The notes under the pieces: model-generated | Told to the model about the DNA's origin: nothing | The model's input: only the letters and a program-made list of their open reading frames with translations | Database searches by the model: none | Assembly (NCBI GenBank): GCA_028534125.1 | Contig: CM052817.1 | Span: 91,948,001 to 92,012,000, forward strand | Direction of reading: 5' to 3' | Source: Lama glama | Lineage: Eukaryota | DNA length: 64,000 nt | In this document: positions 24,641-37,460 of the stretch, piece by piece | How positions within the stretch are numbered: the stretch's first letter is position 1 | Layout of the letters: every line of letters starts with the position of its first letter | Made by a program: the position numbers and the translations under genes

Positions 24641-25554
24641 TACTGGTTTAAAATCTCTGAGTTTAGGTCAGGACACTTGACCTCCCATGCATATGATTAG
24701 TAGACAAGTCACCTAATCTTTCTGAGCTTCAGGTTTTGTTTTGTTTTCATTGCAAAATGGGAATGACATATTCTGGTATGTCTACCAGTCAGGGATAGGT
24801 GAGGCTCAAATGAGTTTTTCTGAAAGTATTTTGAACTCTGTACATCACAACCCTCGATGTAAAGTTCAGGCGGTGCTGCTGGGGTTATATCTGGAGAACT
24901 TAAGGGGCTAAACTTGACTGCTTATTTGGGGGTCAGTTATGAGAATCCACGGCTTCTTGATTCTTAAATAGCCAAGCAATACATTCTGATAACAGATCAG
25001 GATGATAGAAAGCCAAATTCTGATACCACTTGGAGAATAATTTGTTATCTTAAAAAATGTCCGGGCCAGCTGAATGGTTTCAGAAGCCTCACTTCCAGCA
25101 AGCAAACTCAACTATTTGCCTCTGGCATAAAAAGAAAGGAAAAATAGAGGCCCCAAGTGAAAGGCTTGGCACAAAGCCCTTTCTTCCTCCCACAGCCGGT
25201 CAGAGGGGAGGAGGGAGGGAGAACACAGGGGAGGAACAGGGAGCTGGGCATTCCAGACTCCACCCCGCACAAAGAGACCTCGAGAGCCACAGTCAGGAGG
25301 GGTAGTACAAATCTATTCTTGCGTTACTCTCACAGGGACTGATTTCTCTGCAGAGGAGAGGCGAAATGGAAGAGATGGCCTCCACATAGAGATCTAGAAG
25401 CAGGGCAGGAGTCCGTGTAGCCTGCTGTCCCTGACAAAGGCTGCGGCACTCTGCTTCTAACGCAGGAGAAGGGCTTTCTAACCCCTACAGCAGATGACAC
25501 CAATCCCCAGACTGATTTGCAGAGGGCCGTTTTCACCCAGCTGCTTGATTGTCA

Positions 25555-25975
25555 GATAATAACAGCTGCCTTTTTTTGAGCACTTACAAAATGCCAAGCA
25601 CTGACATTTTAGATGCCCAGAAACTGAGGCACCAGCAAGGCTAACTAACTTGTCTGAGGTCACAGAACTGGGATACAGCAGAACCAGGAGTTAAACCCAG
25701 ACAGTCCAGCTCCAGATGCTGCGGTCTTAACCGCTACATTTGTCAGGGAGGGACAGCAAAAGGGGGAAAACATGGGGGCAATCCTGTCACCTGCTACATG
25801 CCTTGCAATAGGCTTCAGACACTTTAACTCGCTTAAATATCCTATCTTTTCTAACAGCTGGTATTCTTACCTCATTTACAAGTGAAGAATCAGAGGCTCA
25901 GAGAGGTCAATGAACTTACCCAAAGTCACAGAGCTAAAAAGTGAAAAGTTAGGAATCAAATCCAACCTGACTCTG
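25555..25975 (-). mobile_element. Two adjacent MIR fragments
   Basis: 'gaaactgaggcac...aacttgtctgaggtcacaga' and 'gaggctcagagaggtcaatgaacttacccaaagtcacagagct'. Confidence 0.8.
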
Positions 25976-26924
25976 CCAGATTAAAGTGGGAAGGTTTATG
26001 GCTGAAAGATATGCCAAAATTTGGGGAGGATACCAAAATACAAGAAGAAGGTAGAGGAAGGAAAGACTACAAGGAAAGCAGCTAGAAGCTGGCACTTCTG
26101 AGAAATATAACAGATCTAAATATAGGATAACACCTATTTATAGAGTTCCCTTCATCACAGAGCCTTTCTGTCCTCAGGGTAAGAAAGATGGTGAATTGAC
26201 TGTTTAGACCAAAGAGAGACAGTCCTGCATATCAAGCAAACCTTTTTTTAAACTCAGCAAATGGAGAGTTACTATGAAAGTAGCCGATTGCTTTTCTTTT
26301 TTTTTTGGCTGTCTTTACATCTTCTCACACTAAATTGTTATGATCGTATACTTCCACATTCCCTAAACTTATGAATCACTGAATAATTGTTAGTTGTTTT
26401 GTTGTTGTTATTTTGCATCATTTGCTAATCCACAGCTAAAATGTCCTCCCAACCTCAAGCAAGAGAGGCGCAATGCAATTATGACACAGGAGTAAGAAGC
26501 TCATTAACATACCCATGACTGACACGGACGATCATTAATTAGGCATTCGGAGCATAAGTATATATGTATAAATTAGCATCTATTCACCATTTAAACTGTA
26601 AGAGATTTTTTCATATCTGAATATTAACTATGTTGGAAAATTACTAAGTTTTTCCTGAGTGAATTCCACAAACAATACCCAACCTGGATCACAAAAACAA
26701 AATCAAGAGAAAAGATTCTGTGAGCAGAACTGGACACAGTGGAAGAAGTTAAACTCTGCATCGGTCAGTGTCCTCATTTGTCTGTTTCCTCTCATTTATA
26801 TTTCTACTGACTCCACCTGTTGGGGGCTGTGTGTGTGGACCCTTTCCTGTTAAGAAAGCTTAGACGTGGCACTACTGCTGATATTCTAGGGGTGCTCTGC
26901 TTCTATCTGCATTCTGTTACTGTT

Positions 26925-27250
26925 CATCCATTTATTTTTTCACTACATGTTTATTGGGTGTGATCTCTGTACCAAATACAGTGTGGAGAATACATACATG
27001 TATTTGGCAGTGTTTCTAACTCTCAAGGACTCCATAGTGTAGCAGGAAAGATAGGACATAAAGTAGACACATAAAGCTAAAATGTAAGGTAGAGAATTAC
27101 ACTGCCAAAGACTACCAATACCAACCCTACTAAAGGAAGAACAGATTACTTGTGGGAGGGGGAGGATCAGGGAAGGCTTCTTAGAGGAGGTGGCATTTAA
27201 GCAGGACAAACAGGAGGAGTAGAAGATGAGGATCTGGCAAAGTCTGGGCC
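26925..27250 (-). mobile_element. L2 LINE 3' fragment
   Basis: 'catgtttattgggtg...ctctcaaggactccatagtgtag...gatcagggaaggcttcttagaggaggtggcatttaagc'. Confidence 0.75.
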
Positions 27251-30200
27251 ATGTCAAGAGAGTCACCTGATGGCAGAACTAGAGGTGAATCAATGTCCAT
27301 CTTCATACTCAGGTCTTGAATTGTGCTAGTTCTGTAGCCAACAGGACTCCTCCTTCATTTTCCCAATGTGTCTAAAGTACCTGTCCCTTTGGGGCTCTGG
27401 AAAACTACTAGTATCAGGAGCACAATGATAATACTACTCTGTTGTCCTTCACATATACGACAGTGATACTAATTACTTCGTAGAGCTGTGCTGGCATTGT
27501 TTTCTTGCAGTCGTACTGGATTCATGCCAGCACATCGTTCTCTGCTGATTTCTCTTGGGACCAGTGGCACACTTTTGTAAGATGGCTATCCTGGATAAAA
27601 GCTGGAATTCACAGTTCTTAGATCTTTCTTTCTTTTTTTTTTTTTTTTTTTTTTCCTAGGTGGAGCTAACATATCACTGTGGGGACTGAAAGAAAGAGCT
27701 TGGTCTTTGGGGCACCAGACTATAACCACCGGAGTGCACCAACCACCTGAGTTTTACTGGTATGTCTTTTCCAGCAGAACAAAAGTATTTTAACAAAATT
27801 GCCTATATGAAGAAAGGAAGCCAACTAGATAGCTTCTAAATATGGTAAAATCTCAGTGCCTTCACAGTTTTTGACATCCACCTGTACAAACCAGGTAGCC
27901 CACAGATCAATGCCCAGAGCACAGGCTTTTCCTAGCTGTCCTGAGACTGCACCCACGGGGATGCAGGTTGTGGGGTGGCTTTCAGGCTGGCAGAAAGGAA
28001 GGTGACCATCAAGGTCAGGAGTGCTCATGGAATTAAAAAACTAAGTGGCCAGCAATAGTTTTTCCTGAGTGTGCGGGCCTTTTTTGGCCTCAGCTATTGG
28101 CAGATATTGAAGTTTCTGCAGCAATGTGGGTCCTGAAGGAAATGAACAAGTTACTTGTAATGGACTAACCTGGAAAAACATTGACTGTTATTGAAGGAAA
28201 AAACTAGGATGATGACTGCTGATTTCTTCCATGCTCCTAGGTAAATAGAAATCTATCTTCTATTTCTAGGGCAGATTGATGTAGAGCAAGTATAAATATT
28301 CCATTTTTCTAATGGCAGAACTTTTTAAAGCTATTAGTACCCATGAAAAAGATGGTAAGAAAATTCTTGACTCTTAGATCATTATAGTGGATAATAATTA
28401 CTTAACTGAAGCATCATTCACTAAGGTCATGTTATATATCCCACCACATGCCTGGCAGGTAATGGACACATACAGAAAGAAGAGAGTATCATTTAGTTGA
28501 AGAGAACCACAGAGATCCAAGTTACACTTGTCCTAGAAATTCAGAGGGAAGAAAAGCTCATGGTGGTCTGAGGTCACCTCAGGAGGCCTATGCGGGGGAA
28601 GGAAGATATGGAGTTGGGTCCCACAGAAAATGAAAGTTACATGATCTTCTTGGTCAAAGTCAAAAGCTCGAATCTTGGAAGTACACAAACAAAGAATCTG
28701 AGTTAGATAATCACAGTAAAAATTTTCTCAAATTTACTTGTGTCAAAGAAGGAATATAAACATTTCCTGCGGGCATCTACTGAAATGCATCTGTTTTAAG
28801 AGATCATGCAGACTGCAGCCAATGGTTGTATTTACCCCTCCTGCCTCACTGCCTCCTAAAACTGGACAAAGCCCTTCCCAAGGTGGTCTTCTGACAAAGA
28901 CAGAATCCTGGATTTTTTATGCTGAAATGTCTCTGCTTTACCAAATGTAGTTTGTTAAAGCTTCACAGAAAAGAGATGCTCTGAGCCCAACCTATGGAGA
29001 CACGTTCCAATTTAGGCTGTGGAATGAAAATTACAGGGCAGCCACAGAGGCAAGTTTAAAATTAGGACAGACTTCACTTTGGGCCTCTTAAGCCTCAAAG
29101 AGTTAGTAGATGAGGCAAAGGAAAATTAAAAAAAATTTTTTTTACAGTAGGAACTTGAAAAGGAAAACCTCCAGACTTCTGCCCCTTCTTACGGTTCTCC
29201 TGACACGCTAAGATTTTTGCACATCTGAACATCAGCTGCAAGAAGCTCTCTTAGTCCCTCAGCAGCTTCATAGGAGCCACAGACTCTCAGGGCCTGCGAG
29301 GAAATTCTGGAGGCAAAGAGATCAGGAAAGGCTGGTGGAGAAAGAAGGAAGAGGAAAAGAAATGAGGGAGCATCCTCCCCCAGCCCAAATCCCTTTATTC
29401 AAGTCCCCGTGGCTCTGCCCACCAGTTACCCAGGAATCACCCAGGATATGGGTCGGTGCATGCATGGAGCCTTCTTAGAGTGCAGCTAAGTCACTTCTAA
29501 GTCCAGTCCAGCAGCAGATCTGGGGCCGCAGGGTAACAGACAGAAACTGTCACCTCTCCATTGCCCTGCCCGCTCACAACCACCATCCTCCAGAAAGAGG
29601 TCGTCTCTGGGGCAGTGACTGGGAACAACCACGCTGGGTTTACTTTTTGCCTCTGCAATTTTACCTCTCTGTTTCTGAAAGTTAAGAAGGCACTACCTAC
29701 CTTCACCTTCTTTTATTTTGGTTGGGTGTTTTGTTTGTAGAGTCTGAGTTCAATGATTACCAAATAGGAAAGGAATTATTCGTCCTATTCCACAAAGAGG
29801 GTTCTTTTCACTTGAACATCTGTTTTCAGAAATCTCAAGGGTACACATACTTAACTACCAACAGACAACCCTCCATGAGATTATCCTGAAGCAGGTATAC
29901 TGAGAATCTGAACGGGAGGAGGCACTCGTCAGAAGTGACTGTCATTGCAAAGTCTCAAAATGGACTCATCCTGGGACCCTGTTTTTCAAAATCATTTGTT
30001 CGTCAGATTCACTTCCTAGTCTAGCTTCCTGGAAATAGACTACCTTACATGTGCCTCAATTTCTGGTTCTACATTCCTAAGAACCAGAAAGTAGAAGTCA
30101 ACAAGAGAAGAAGGGTGGTTGCTTTCATGTATGACTCTTACTGACGGTCTGATGTGTACTAACCAAGTCTGTTAAAAGAAATGCCCACTTTTGCTATGTC

Positions 30201-30769
30201 TCTTTGGACAAAAAGTTCTCAATAAATGGGAAGTAGAATGAATCTCTATACAAAGTGTAAATGCAGTCTTGACCTAATTCATCACGCAAATTAAGAAGTC
30301 GGGCATAGCAGAGGTTACTGCACATCTAAGGCAGCCATGTTAAACCTATAACTTTCTTAGTCCAGAGAACGTTAATAACTCAAATCATCCTAACAGAGCC
30401 CCTCTCCCAACAGGTGTTGCCTATCAGGCTACAAAGCTCAACTTTGTCAGAGCAATTTCAGCTCAAGTTAGAGAACAACTAGTTATACAACTTGATCTCA
30501 TTGAAATATTTGGTGCCTGCTGATATGTTCAAACAAATTCACCAGATCTTGATTATGTTCTGGCAATTAAAGCTATTAAGTCAGTAGATAGACAGCAGGT
30601 TATTTCATTGCTGGTTGAAAAAGCCAGCTTTCTTTTCTCCCCTTTTTATGTGACAGCACTGTAATTAGCCTTAATCAAATACCATTTGTGTTAGGTGCTG
30701 TAACTTTGCTTCCTTCGCCAGGAAACTCTGCCAGTCAGGGGGAAGGAGAAATACAACTCCCGTCAAAAA

Positions 30770-30875
30770 TCAAGAGAGACGGCTGGGCATGAGGTATATG
30801 GGAACTCTCTGTACGACCTTCACAACTTTTCTGTAAATCTGAAACTGTTGCCAAATAAAGACTTTAATTTTAGAA
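30770..30875 (+). mobile_element. L1M 3' end fragment
   Basis: 'ggtatatgggaactctctgtac...caacttttctgtaaatctgaaactgtt...aaataaa'. Confidence 0.75.
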
Positions 30876-31210
30876 AGTAAGGAAGAGGGAAGAAGAGAGA
30901 ATGAGAAAGAGAACTGATATTTAATGTGAGGCTTCAACTTTACCATGTAAAATTAAGCCTTAGAAATGATCAAATAGTCCAGAAAATATGGTTCCCTTTG
31001 GAAATTCCAGGTTATTCGTTCTTTACATTGGGGTTTCTGCTGTGATTCTTTTTTTTTTTTTTTAACCTCTGCAAATAAGTCTGTAATGGAAACTAGAGCC
31101 AGGTGAAGGGAAAGGCATTTATCTAAACTTCTAGTTTGTTTCTCTTAAACCCACCATTTCTTTCAAAGAGCTTTCAAAGAGCTCTTCAGAAAGTCAGTGA
31201 ACTGGTGAGG

Positions 31211-31370
31211 CAGTGTTTCCTAAACCTTAATGTTCATGCCAGTCACCTGGGGATCTTGTGAAACTACACATTCTGATTCGTTAGGGTTCGAGTGGCCTGC
31301 AAGATTCTGTATTTGTAGCAAGCTCCTAGTTGGTGCCAGAGCTGCTGGTCCACACTTTTGAGTAGCCAGG
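31211..31370 (+). mobile_element. MER5A hAT-Charlie MITE
   Basis: 'tcacctggggatcttgtgaaa...attctgattc...gctgctggtccacacttttgagtagc'. Confidence 0.85.
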
Positions 31371-32207
31371 GTGTAAGGAATAGTAACGGGGGGAGTGGTT
31401 GCACCCAGCCAGAAACAGAATCACAATATCTTGCCTATATGGCTGACAACGAGAAGTCTGGGTGAAGTAGTGCCCAACAAAACAGAAAAACATTTTCTAC
31501 TTTCCTTGGCCAATAACCCCTTGTGTCAAAAATTTTAAATATATCAGTAGAATGGCATTATGTCAGGGGGTCAGACTGTCTACTAGCTCAGAGGACCCCA
31601 ATAACAGAAGTAACTCTATTCTTGCTCAAAGTGTCCCAGCCATGACAGGGGGGGAATCAGGGAAAATGGGTGGTGGGAAGAGGGGTGGGAGGAAGCAGTT
31701 ATCTGGGTTTTGTTTCTTATTTTAACTTTATGTCTCCTCATACTTCAAATTCTGTATCTGTAAAATATTAGCTATTACAACCGGTACTACTTTGAGGTTA
31801 AGGCAAAACTGTCATGGAACCAGAGCCTCCCCAGCAGCACCATGTCATGTTAAGAGATGGATCTGAGCTCTGTTCCAGGAGGGGGACCACTGCAAGATGG
31901 AGGACCCCCAGCCCTGCATCTGATATTCACTTGATAAAGATATGATTCATGTTATTCTACCCAAAATGGGAAGACTGGGCCACTGGCTACTTTGAACAAC
32001 AGAAAAACATATTTCTTACAACTCGTGGAAAGTATTGTGGTAATTGCCACAAATGCCACATTCCTGATCCTCCCCCACTAGGTTTTCTTTTCTTTCTTTT
32101 TTTTTTTTTGTCCCTCTAATACATTTTTTGAATTTCAAAACGATGGTTCTACTTATTTTTGGCTTTCTCCCATATCTTGATCAATGCAACTCAATTAGGC
32201 TTCATGT

Positions 32208-32390
32208 CCGGTGATGTGCTGTAAATATTTAATAACCAGCTCTCCAGGAAAAAAAAAAAAAGCCCTGGTATGTAGTTTTTGCCAATTTTTGTGGTGGCAA
32301 TACAAGTACTAACCTGACTTTACTGAACAAAGAATTAGAAAGAAATGTGCATAATCACAAACCTGTACAAGGCAGCTCGGGTACACAACA
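32208..32390 (+). mobile_element. MER63-like hAT-Blackjack MITE
   Basis: 'gtgctgtaaatatttaataaccagctctccagg(a)n gccctgg...tttgccaatttttgtggtg'. Confidence 0.75.
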
Positions 32391-35374
32391 AAAAGTGACC
32401 CCAAAGACATAAAACACGGTTGTTTTCATAATTAAACTGTAATACTCCAGGAGGGCAAGATGTATTTTATAATTCCAAAATTATAGAATGGTTTCTATAA
32501 AACATTTCTGGTTTCTTAAAATGTTTTCCCTTTGTTACTGAAGAGAAGTCCATAAGTGCTTGTGTCTTTATAAACCAAAAATAACTCCCTGCTAGTTTTT
32601 TTTTTTTTAAATGACAATCTCACGATCTGTATAATCACCACAAAATCTTACAAAGTAAGCCATTTGGATTTTAATGACACAAACACACTGCAAGTTCAGA
32701 ATTCTTCCCTATGACCTTGAGAGTTGAACTCTTCGTTTTTGTTTTTGGCTCACTCTACGCTCTTCCTTTCATGAACTAGAAGGCATAGCTCAGTCGGCCT
32801 CTGTGGCCTTTGGATCTGCAGAACAGGCTGAAATCACCATCCCCATGGTTTTTATTGTTCCCTACAACTGCTTCTGAGACTAACGGCAGCATAATATCTT
32901 TATTTCCTCCTCTATATCCGAAATGATTTGCTTGAAATTAAAAAACTATTTTATATTAAAACGGGCACTTGAATGAGAAAACTGCATTTTTAACAAAAAG
33001 TTATAACATAGGTGTGCTTGTTGCAATATTTAACATATACAGCTCTTTCTAATGTATCATTCCTTCAGTCTACTTTTAATCTATCTGAGACTCTTTAACT
33101 GTTTTTCATATTTTTACTTGTGTATACCTGCTTATTTGCCAGTGAGCTTCTTATAAGGACACAAAAGCAAAGAAGGCTTCAGCTCACAGGATGGGGGAAG
33201 GGAGGAATTGGAGAAAAATAGCTGGCCAAGTAATGTAATTAACTTGAAGGAAAACATTTGCATCAGGATTGTACTCATGTCTTTTTCCATCAGCAAAAGC
33301 CAAAACCAAGCAAACAAAAAGCCACCACCACTCGCCCACCACCCTGAGCACAAATGATTTTGGCAGAGCAGCTGACATGAAAAAGATACTGCTTGATGCA
33401 AATCAGGGGAAAAACACTGCTTCAGATCAAGTCTTCCTGCTTGCTCCCATTGGGCTCACTTTGTATCTTTCGAATTGGGTACCCTATGCACCTATTAACT
33501 CTTCAAAAAATGTATGTTGTCAAGTCTTCCTATTTTTTGAACTTTTAAAATTCTCTTTTTTACTGAGTACCCATTTAGGATGAATGCATTAGGTTTTAAC
33601 ACATGCAGAACACAGCACCGTATACCCCCTGCCATTCGCCAGATGTTAGCAACTAGAAACATGCAAGGATTTTTCATGTTAGAAACATGGTGGAAGTCAG
33701 CTCATCAAAGGTAAAACAGGCAGATTCTGTCCCTGCCTTTCCTGTTCCTAAGATGCATTTAAATTCACTAGGTTTGTCTCTAGTTTGACAGGATTATTAA
33801 TGGGATGGGCTCACCACTCCTGTGGATGAATCTGTTAGCCATAGGAAAGCCTTTTACTATCCTGGATGTTTCCTACCAGTGCCTGATGACTGCCAGCTAA
33901 TCTTAGCATTAACCAGAGATTTCTGGCTGCTGCTCAGCTTCTAACAGAGTCAGACTGGTAACCTTATTATTACTAAATTGGAGCCCAGTTTTGTTTTTTT
34001 TTAACAGAAATTTTTACATTAACTAGAAGACTGGCTAATAGGCTTTAAGAGTGACAAAAATATTCATCATGAAAGAAGAAGTATTCACAATATCCAATGT
34101 TCTTGAATAATTGTGACAGAGACATCTTGACTCCCCATTAATGAGTGCACTAGTCCTGCTGCAATGAAGACATTAAAAAAGATACGTGAAGAATAAAAGT
34201 TCTAGCTGAGGAAAATATATAGAATGAACAGGGACATGGAAATAGATGTGGACATAGAAGCATTCTGGTAAACAAATGACTATTCATGCCATTTTTAACA
34301 ATTAGGAATAAATTCAATTATACTTAATTTAAGAGCAAAACAAAAAAATCCTTACATTCTCAGTCAGGGAAAAAGAAATAGACAAAAATATTTAACAGCA
34401 ATGGAAAAGAACTCTGTAAGGGAATCTTCACAGATATTTGGGGATCCTTCATTGCCAAGTTAAGAGGCGAAGGAGAGAAGGTGATGGAAAGGAGAGACAG
34501 ATTTATAGGTGTTCAGTGAACGCAGTCACCCCTGTTAAATGTACATTTCTTTCCCTGAGGTCATCTCTCTGCCTCTGCATTTGCGCCCTTCTTGTTGGCA
34601 GCATTTGGGAAACACAAGAAGGAAAAGGGATTGAGAAGTAGGCTGGCATTAAAATAGTACAATCTTACTCTATCTTCCTGCAGCCTAGAGTGCATCCCTC
34701 TTCTTTATAAGGGACACACACACACTCCACACACACACGGACTATTCTTCATCCCCAGCAGTCTCCCAAATGAAACCTGCTGTCCTGAGGCTGCTTGCAT
34801 AAGGCAGTGAGAGAGAGGCTCTCCCTGCCAGGTCTGAAGAGTTCTTGAGGGCACCTAAAACTGGAAAGCTTTTTAGCAAAACAGTGATGCAAGCAAATTG
34901 CAAAATCATAGTGTCTGCAGGACTGGATTCTGGTTGTCCCAGGTTTGGAGATGATTTTGTTCAAACATCTGGGCAAAGGGGAACGAAGCCTCTCCACCTG
35001 TCCGCCAGCCCTGTACTGCCTTCAGGTTTCACTTCGTATTGTTTTCTTGCTATGCTTTCATCCAAATTCAACCCCTTTCCCAACGGACATCCCAACAGAC
35101 ACGCAGCCCAGGCTCCATCTGATTTCAGAGTCACATTAGGGTGTCGATGCTTCCTTAAGAATACGCAGAGGGTGGGCAGAAGCCCATACTGGGCTCCCAT
35201 GCATTTTCAGTCAAGCAGCGCTACAGACTGCATCTGACCCATCAGCTGACTGCTGTCTCTCAGTGCCTGACTCAGTTTCTCCTCCAGTCAAGAAGGCTGC
35301 TAATCCCTCTTGACAAGGCCATTCCAACTACTACGAACTGAATTCTTGCGCAGCAGGTGGAACCATTCTTACAG

Positions 35375-35545
35375 TAACAACAGCTTCACATTTATGTAGT
35401 GCTGATTATGGGCTAGACTCTTCTATGTGCCGTATCTATGTTAACTCACTTAATCCTCATAAACTCCCTGTGCAGTGGGTTTTATTGCCCCCATTTTACA
35501 GACGAGGATGCTAAGGCACAGAGAGGTCAAGCACCTGCCATCCTG
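35375..35545 (-). mobile_element. MIR SINE
   Basis: 'ttaatcctcataaa...ccccattttacagacgaggatgctaaggcacagagaggtcaag'. Confidence 0.85.
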
Positions 35546-36118
35546 AGCGGTAGAGGGGCTTAAAATCCTACAGTGCCACCGCACTACCTCTGGGTAGGAA
35601 CTTTTTTCAGCAAAGATGACTGTTTAAATGCCTTCATTTTCAAGTACTTCAGTGGTGGCGGGAATTACAGGAAGCAAGTCCCTTCTGTTGAAGAGTGGGA
35701 ACAAGGAGGCTTCTCCCAGGATTGTCCTGTTCTGGGGAAGCAAGCCCACCAGCGTGTGGCCCCAGACCTGCCTGGAAGTGTTCAGACAAGTGACTGTAAA
35801 CCAGACGAGATGGCAAACGTGAGCAACAGAAACAGGTAAAGGAGGCTGGGTGGCCCAGGTGAGGAGGAGAAAGGAGGTGGATGGAGCACGGCCAGCCAGC
35901 TGGTAAATGGGAGACCTCAGGGAAAAGCTCCATGAACCCACAGCACAGATCACGTAACATGATAACAACACGGATCCTCCTCTGACCTGCAGAGGAAGAA
36001 GCTTGCAGAGTGTAAGGGAGGGATGGTCTGCAACCCCTTCCTCTTTCCAGAACCCCAACCATATATCAGATAACGCTGGGTTGACCAGAGACTTGTACAC
36101 GATCGCCATAATGCACTT

Positions 36119-36133
36119 TAGATAGATAGATAC

Positions 36134-36170
<37 letters not shown>
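36119..36170. repeat. (GATA)n tetranucleotide STR, about 12 units with one CATA interruption
   Basis: Directly visible. Confidence 0.97.
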
Positions 36171-36849
36171 AGAGAGATTGGTTTAAAATACGAAAGACTG
36201 AGGCAGTCGCTCCTCACTTCACCTGACTCCCTTCTGCTGCCCTACGTTTCTGCATCAGATAATTACACTTGGAAAAATGAACACACACACACACACAAAC
36301 ACACACTCTCCTTTCAGCACATTGTTTTGTCAAAGACCTTTATAAGGATGAAGAATTTCCACATTTCATAATTTACAACCAACTTCTCACTGGGGTATTA
36401 AAATGGAGACATCTAAAAAGCTCCCTGACACCACTTCTCCCGACAATGGTAACATATTTATGTAAAAGAATTCACAATACAGACTTTATGTTAATATTCC
36501 TTAATCTTTACTTCTTGCATTTCAACTTAACTTCCCTCATAGGAAACAGCTTCCAGATTCCCCTTCAAATATTCATAGGGCCTACTGTAGATGGGGAAAT
36601 TATGCTCAACATAAACACATCCATCCCAACTACCCCGGCAACCTGGCCGCCACTGCAAATGTCGGGAGCCATGACAACACGGGCGAGCCTGCACCGTGGA
36701 CTCACAAACAAGTTTTTGCAAAGTAAAGCAACCTATGGACTGGATGGATATGTGCTAGGTAACACCTTGGAATTCACAAAATCTTGAAACAGATCAGAAG
36801 AACCAGGTTTTTAGACCTGCATCTTTCACTAACATCTGACCTGGAGCAA

Positions 36850-37460
36850 TATTCAACAGCATTTGATGAGGGTTTATTTATTGACCATGGGCTTTGAGGT
36901 CAATGGGTTCTGTGGGATGCCATCCCTGCCTAAGTCTTCCAGGGACTTAGAATTTAGTAAAAGACCAGAACTATAAACACTCAGCATAATCAAAAAAGAA
37001 TGCAACTGTTGTCATAGAAGCTAGCTGCAAACAGGCGCTGAGGAAATGTGAGGAATCAATGATTAAATCAAACAGGGAGAATCCGAGAGGGCTTCGTAGA
37101 CAAGGCAGCACCTGAGCTGAGCTTTGAATGAATTTGTTGATTTTGATGGCAGAAAGAAGCTGGGCTAAAACATGGGCAGAAGCAGAGTTAGAAATACGGG
37201 CAGTGTGCTAAAAAGGCAGGAGGGTGGGCGGGTATGGAAGCTCAGATTGCGGAGGAATGCGGAGGAAGGAAAGTAGATGGGGGCTCTGAAAGTCTTGGCC
37301 AGGATGCTGGACTGACTGTGCAGGCAATAAAGATCCACTCTGAGTTTTAAGAGGAAAATGGAGCAATGGTTTCCAGAATGGACCAGAGAATCAAGAGATT
37401 AGTAAGCAGAAGAGAGACCAGGAGGGTGCCCAAGTCGTTTAGATGACAGATGATAAGGAA
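36850..37460 (-). mobile_element. L2 LINE fragment
   Basis: 'catccctgcc...gagggcttcgtagacaaggcagcacctgagctgagctttgaa...gcaggcaataaagatccac'. Confidence 0.65.

Noticed and set aside
35624..36217. 197-aa ORF, the longest in the track
   Set aside because: Reads through the GATA microsatellite (SIYLSIYL); no homology recognisable
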